Source: Candidatus Nomurabacteria bacterium RIFCSPHIGHO2_01_FULL_41_71
GTDB lineage: Bacteria > Patescibacteriota > Minisyncoccia > Phycocordibacterales > UBA9973
Assembly: GCA_001785355.1 (NCBI GenBank)
Contig: MFTQ01000020.1
Coordinates: 1 to 54,277 of the forward strand
Direction of reading: 5' to 3'
DNA: 54,277 nucleotides
The first letter of the stretch is position 1. Each line of letters begins with the position of its first letter. Positions 51,154 through 54,277 of this stretch are shown here, in pieces. Under the pieces are notes generated by a model that searched no databases, was not told the origin of the DNA, and saw nothing but the letters and a program-made list of their open reading frames with translations. The position numbers were made by a program, and so were the translations under genes.

Positions 51154-51171
51154 TGCTAGTCTAACGGAATG
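51154..51171 (+). promoter_or_regulatory. extended -10 (TGcTAGTCT) 6 nt upstream of the ftsH ATG
   Basis: TGc at 51154-51156, TAGTCT at 51157-51162, spacer aacgga, ATG at 51169. The divergent smpB has TGgTAATAT-N6-ATG on the minus strand (51121-51104). Confidence 0.45.
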
Positions 51172-53094
51172 GATTTCAACTTGATGCCCAAAAATAAAGA
51201 GATAAAAAGAGGGAATAAGGATAAAAAAAATTCCAACTTTTCTTCTAGCATCGCCGGAGCGGTGTTTATTTTTATGCTTCTTGCGGCGCTGTATTTGGTG
51301 ATTTCGGATTCTTCAGAGAAAAAAGAGGAAGTGCCTATTTCCGATCTGGCCAAAAGTGTTGTTTTGGGCGAAGTGAAAAGCATCGTGATAGAAGGAGAGA
51401 AGCTTACTGTTACTTATCAAGACGATAGTGTGAAGATATCAAAAAAAGAAATCGGATCCTCGCTTTCCCAGACTCTTTCTAATTATGGAGTAGAGCCAAA
51501 GGCGTTAGCCACTACTAAAATAGAAGTGAAAGGAGAGAGCGGTTTTATGTACTGGCTGTTTAATATCCTGCCTTTTTTAGTGCCGATCCTTTTTGTGGTA
51601 TTTTTTTTCTGGTATCTCTCTCGGCAGGTTAGGGGCGCCGGCATGCAGGCATTTTCTTTCGGTCAGTCCAAGGCGCGCATTACCGATCCGAATGACAAGA
51701 ACAACAAAGTTACTTTTAAAGATGTAGCCGGTTGCAAGGAAGCGAAAGAAGAACTAAAGGAAATCGTGGATTTTTTGAAGAGCCCGAAGAAGTTTTTGGA
51801 TATCGGCGCCAGAATTCCAAAAGGAGTGATACTGACCGGCGCTCCGGGCACGGGCAAGACTCTGCTTGCCAGGGCGGTGGCCGGAGAAGCGGGGGTGCCG
51901 TTTTTCCATCTCTCCGGCAGTGAATTTGTGGAAATGTTTGTCGGAGTCGGGGCCAGCCGCGTGCGGGATCTTTTCAAAATGGCCAAAAAGGCGGCTCCGG
52001 CCATAATTTTCGTGGATGAGATAGATGCCATAGGCCGAACCCGCGGAGGCGGGTTCGGCGGAGGGAACGACGAGCGAGAGCAGACCCTAAATCAAATTCT
52101 GGTGGAGATGGACGGATTTGAGCCGAATGACAAAGTAATAGTGATGGCGGCGACCAACAGACCGGATGTGCTTGATCCGGCCCTTATTCGCCCGGGGAGA
52201 TTTGACCGGAAAGTAATACTCGATCTGCCGGATCGCGCCGATCGGGAAGAAATATTAAAGATTCATGCGGAGAAAAAACCTTTGGCAGAAGACATAAATC
52301 TGAAACTTATCGCCGAGCGCACTCCCGGCTTCTCTGGAGCGGATTTGTATTCCCTGATGAACGAAGGGGCGATATTGGCCGCCAGAGAGAACCGCAAAAA
52401 AGTTTTCCAGTTTGATCTGATTCGCGCCATCGAGAAAGTCATGTTGGGCCCGGAACGTAAAAGTCACTTGCTTTCCAAGAAGGAAAAAGAAATCACGGCG
52501 TATCATGAAGCGGGGCACGCTATTGTGGCTTCCGTGCTTCCACATGCGGATCCGGTGCATAAAGTTTCTATTATTGCCCGCGGAAATGCCGGAGGTTATA
52601 CCCTGAAGCTACCTCTTGAAGAGCGCAAACTTCAGTCCAAGAAAGAATTTATAGATGACATTGCCATGTCTCTCGGAGGATATGTGGCGGAGAAAATTGT
52701 ATTTGGCGACATAACTACCGGTCCATCGAGCGATCTGTCGGTAGCTACCAATTTAGCCAGAGCCATGGTAACCCGCTGGGGAATGTCCGAGGTCATCGGG
52801 CCGGTCGCCCTTGCGGACGGAGGCGGTAGAACCCAATGGGGTGAAGGTACCGATAAAGAATACTCTGAAACAGTGGCTACCAAGGTGGATGCAGAAATTT
52901 TGCGAATTATAAATGACGGCATAAAGTCTGCGGATAAAGTGTTGACCGAGCACCGAAAGGTCTTCGATGCTATTGCTCACAAGCTCATAGAAGTGGAAAC
53001 TCTCGAAAAAGAGGAGTATGAAAAGATATTGACTGCTCATGGTATTTTGCTAAAGAAAAAAGACGAACCAGCAAAACTTGAAGTTGCGGGATAG
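51169..53094 (+). CDS. ftsH: ATP-dependent zinc metalloprotease FtsH
   Basis: Two N-terminal TM helices, AAA+ Walker A (GAPGTGKT), Walker B (DEIDA), SRH, and HEAGHA zinc site. Confidence 0.95.
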   Translation: MDFNLMPKNKEIKRGNKDKKNSNFSSSIAGAVFIFMLLAALYLVISDSSEKKEEVPISDLAKSVVLGEVKSIVIEGEKLTVTYQDDSVKISKKEIGSSLSQTLSNYGVEPKALATTKIEVKGESGFMYWLFNILPFLVPILFVVFFFWYLSRQVRGAGMQAFSFGQSKARITDPNDKNNKVTFKDVAGCKEAKEELKEIVDFLKSPKKFLDIGARIPKGVILTGAPGTGKTLLARAVAGEAGVPFFHLSGSEFVEMFVGVGASRVRDLFKMAKKAAPAIIFVDEIDAIGRTRGGGFGGGNDEREQTLNQILVEMDGFEPNDKVIVMAATNRPDVLDPALIRPGRFDRKVILDLPDRADREEILKIHAEKKPLAEDINLKLIAERTPGFSGADLYSLMNEGAILAARENRKKVFQFDLIRAIEKVMLGPERKSHLLSKKEKEITAYHEAGHAIVASVLPHADPVHKVSIIARGNAGGYTLKLPLEERKLQSKKEFIDDIAMSLGGYVAEKIVFGDITTGPSSDLSVATNLARAMVTRWGMSEVIGPVALADGGGRTQWGEGTDKEYSETVATKVDAEILRIINDGIKSADKVLTEHRKVFDAIAHKLIEVETLEKEEYEKILTAHGILLKKKDEPAKLEVAG

Positions 53095-53169
53095 AGTCTC
53101 CCTACTTGTTTGTCGCACCCGAACCATGGTATACTATACCAGTACCTACTATTTGCAGGTTCATGATTT

Positions 53170-53850
53170 ATGGCAAGAAAACACGATAAACAAAAAGCTC
53201 TAGCGATGCGCCACAAAGGCATGAGCTATAGCCAGATCAAAGAGAAACTCGGCATTAGTAAAAGCACCTTAAGTGGCTGGCTTCATGATTTTCCATTGAG
53301 TGAAAAGAGGATTCGTGAATTGAGAGCTGATAGCCCGATTCGTATTGAGCGTTATCGAAATACAATGCGAGCGAAGCGTGATGCAAAAAATAAAATTGCA
53401 TATCAAAAAATTGCAAATAGGATTGGAAATATTTCTGACCGAGAATTTTTGATTGCCGGACTGTTTTTATATTGGGCTGAAGGATCCAAGACGAAGGCTT
53501 TTTCAATTGGATTAACCAATACAAATCCCAAAATGCTAATATTTTTTATCCTCTGGCTAAAATTTTTCAATGTCCCTAAATTTAAACTCAAAGTTCATCT
53601 CCATCTATATTCAGATATGAAGATTAAAAAGCAAATACATTTTTGGTCAAAAATGCTCAAAATACCCATTTCACAATTCAGAAAACCATATATAAAAAAG
53701 ACTACTTTATCATCAGTTACATATAAAAATGGTTTTGGACAAGGCACCTGTTCAGTGATTGTTGAAAATGGGCCTATTTCTGATCAAGTATTGATGGGGG
53801 TACAGTATGTTCAAGATGTATTATTGGGTAAGCAGAAAATTGCTCTTTAA
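53170..53850 (+). CDS. HTH plus LAGLIDADG-like (homing-endonuclease-like) protein
   Basis: N-terminal resolvase-type HTH (MSYSQIKEKLGISKSTLSGWL) and a LAGLIDADG-like motif (LIAGLFLYWAEGSK). Confidence 0.5.
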   Translation: MARKHDKQKALAMRHKGMSYSQIKEKLGISKSTLSGWLHDFPLSEKRIRELRADSPIRIERYRNTMRAKRDAKNKIAYQKIANRIGNISDREFLIAGLFLYWAEGSKTKAFSIGLTNTNPKMLIFFILWLKFFNVPKFKLKVHLHLYSDMKIKKQIHFWSKMLKIPISQFRKPYIKKTTLSSVTYKNGFGQGTCSVIVENGPISDQVLMGVQYVQDVLLGKQKIAL

Positions 53851-53884
53851 CCTTATTTTGCTATAGTTATTAGTGTTTCTTCAT

Positions 53885-53958
53885 CCGCCTGTAGCTCAGC
53901 TGGTTAGAGCATCTAGCTTATACCTAGAGGGTCCTACGTTCGAATCGTAGCAGGCGGA
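53885..53958 (+). tRNA. tRNA-Ile (anticodon UAU)
   Basis: Hand-folded: acceptor CCGCCTG/CAGGCGG, D arm GCTC-AGCTGGTTA-GAGC, anticodon stem TCTAG/CTAGA with loop CTTATAC, T arm CTACG-TTCGAAT-CGTAG, discriminator A. Confidence 0.85.
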
Positions 53959-54014
53959 CACGTTTGGACTTCTCCGAAAAAATGGGTCGCGCGCTTGCGC
54001 GCAATAGTGGAAAA

Positions 54015-54044
54015 GGGGTGGGCGAATGTAAGTACCCCTTTTTT
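54015..54044 (+). terminator. intrinsic terminator candidate downstream of tRNA-Ile
   Basis: GGGGT...ACCCC stem with a long loop, followed by TTTTTT. Confidence 0.4.
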
Positions 54045-54277
54045 AAGACAGAAAATCAACTAATTAATTTAAGTTTAACCTGAAGCGATTTTTTTTTAGC
54101 AAATTCGCGTGGCGACATTTTTAATACTGTATGGATTCGTGTCGTATTGTAGACATGTATCGAGTGTATACATGGCATTTTATTGTTTTGAAAATTCTGT
54201 ATGACAGGTACCCCAAATTTAAGACACAAATTCAACCAAGATTAGCGGTATAATAGTCGAATATACCAATAATTTTA

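Noticed and set aside
1-54277. CRISPR arrays, rRNA genes, integrases or large prophage blocks.
   Set aside because: I saw no interspaced direct-repeat array, no rRNA-like conserved stretches, and no tyrosine or serine recombinase or phage structural motifs in any ORF. The only transposase-like gene is the RAYT.

Overview
This is an AT-rich bacterial contig. Its gene content and order look like a Candidate Phyla Radiation (Parcubacteria/OD1-like) genome. That assignment is an inference from synteny and from the r-protein genes missing at their canonical positions; no database search was possible. The backbone is housekeeping. It carries secE-nusG-rplK, then rpsL-rpsG-fusA, then tuf plus the S10/spc ribosomal superoperon through secY-adk-map. 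It also carries a pyrD-pyrE-pyrF block, a dTMP block (MazG-like, folA, thyA, dCMP deaminase), smpB-tmRNA-infC-rpmI-rplT, ftsH, a P-type ATPase, murB, a DEAD-box helicase, tRNA-His(GUG) and tRNA-Ile(UAU). I saw no rRNA genes and no CRISPR array. The unusual signals are as follows. (1) The universal rplB-rpsS junction is split by a 2.8-kb island holding hicBA, a diverged second copy of the rplB 3' end, a perfect 38-nt palindrome, a GC-rich hairpin array, and an antisense 506-aa orphan gene with its own promoter and terminators. (2) A second small cassette sits at the 3' end of rpmB and is also bracketed by a diverged duplicate of that gene's 3' end. (3) Two GC-rich islands of about 270-290 nt (about 64-68% G+C by hand count), each a run of near-perfect hairpins, look like a possibly undescribed structured-RNA class. 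(4) Two paralogous PaaX/Cas2-fold regulator genes are each flanked by palindromes that carry compensatory substitutions. (5) A RAYT (IS200-like Y1 transposase) is flanked by REP hairpins. One REP lies inside its own ORF, and a related palindrome supplies the C-terminus of ribosomal protein L3. (6) A motif of -10 box, 5-7 nt spacer (6 nt in most), then ATG recurs in front of the first gene of many operons, suggesting widespread leaderless transcripts. All coordinates, folds and alignments were done by eye. Start codons were often moved from the ORF-track start to an internal ATG on promoter or homology grounds and remain provisional.
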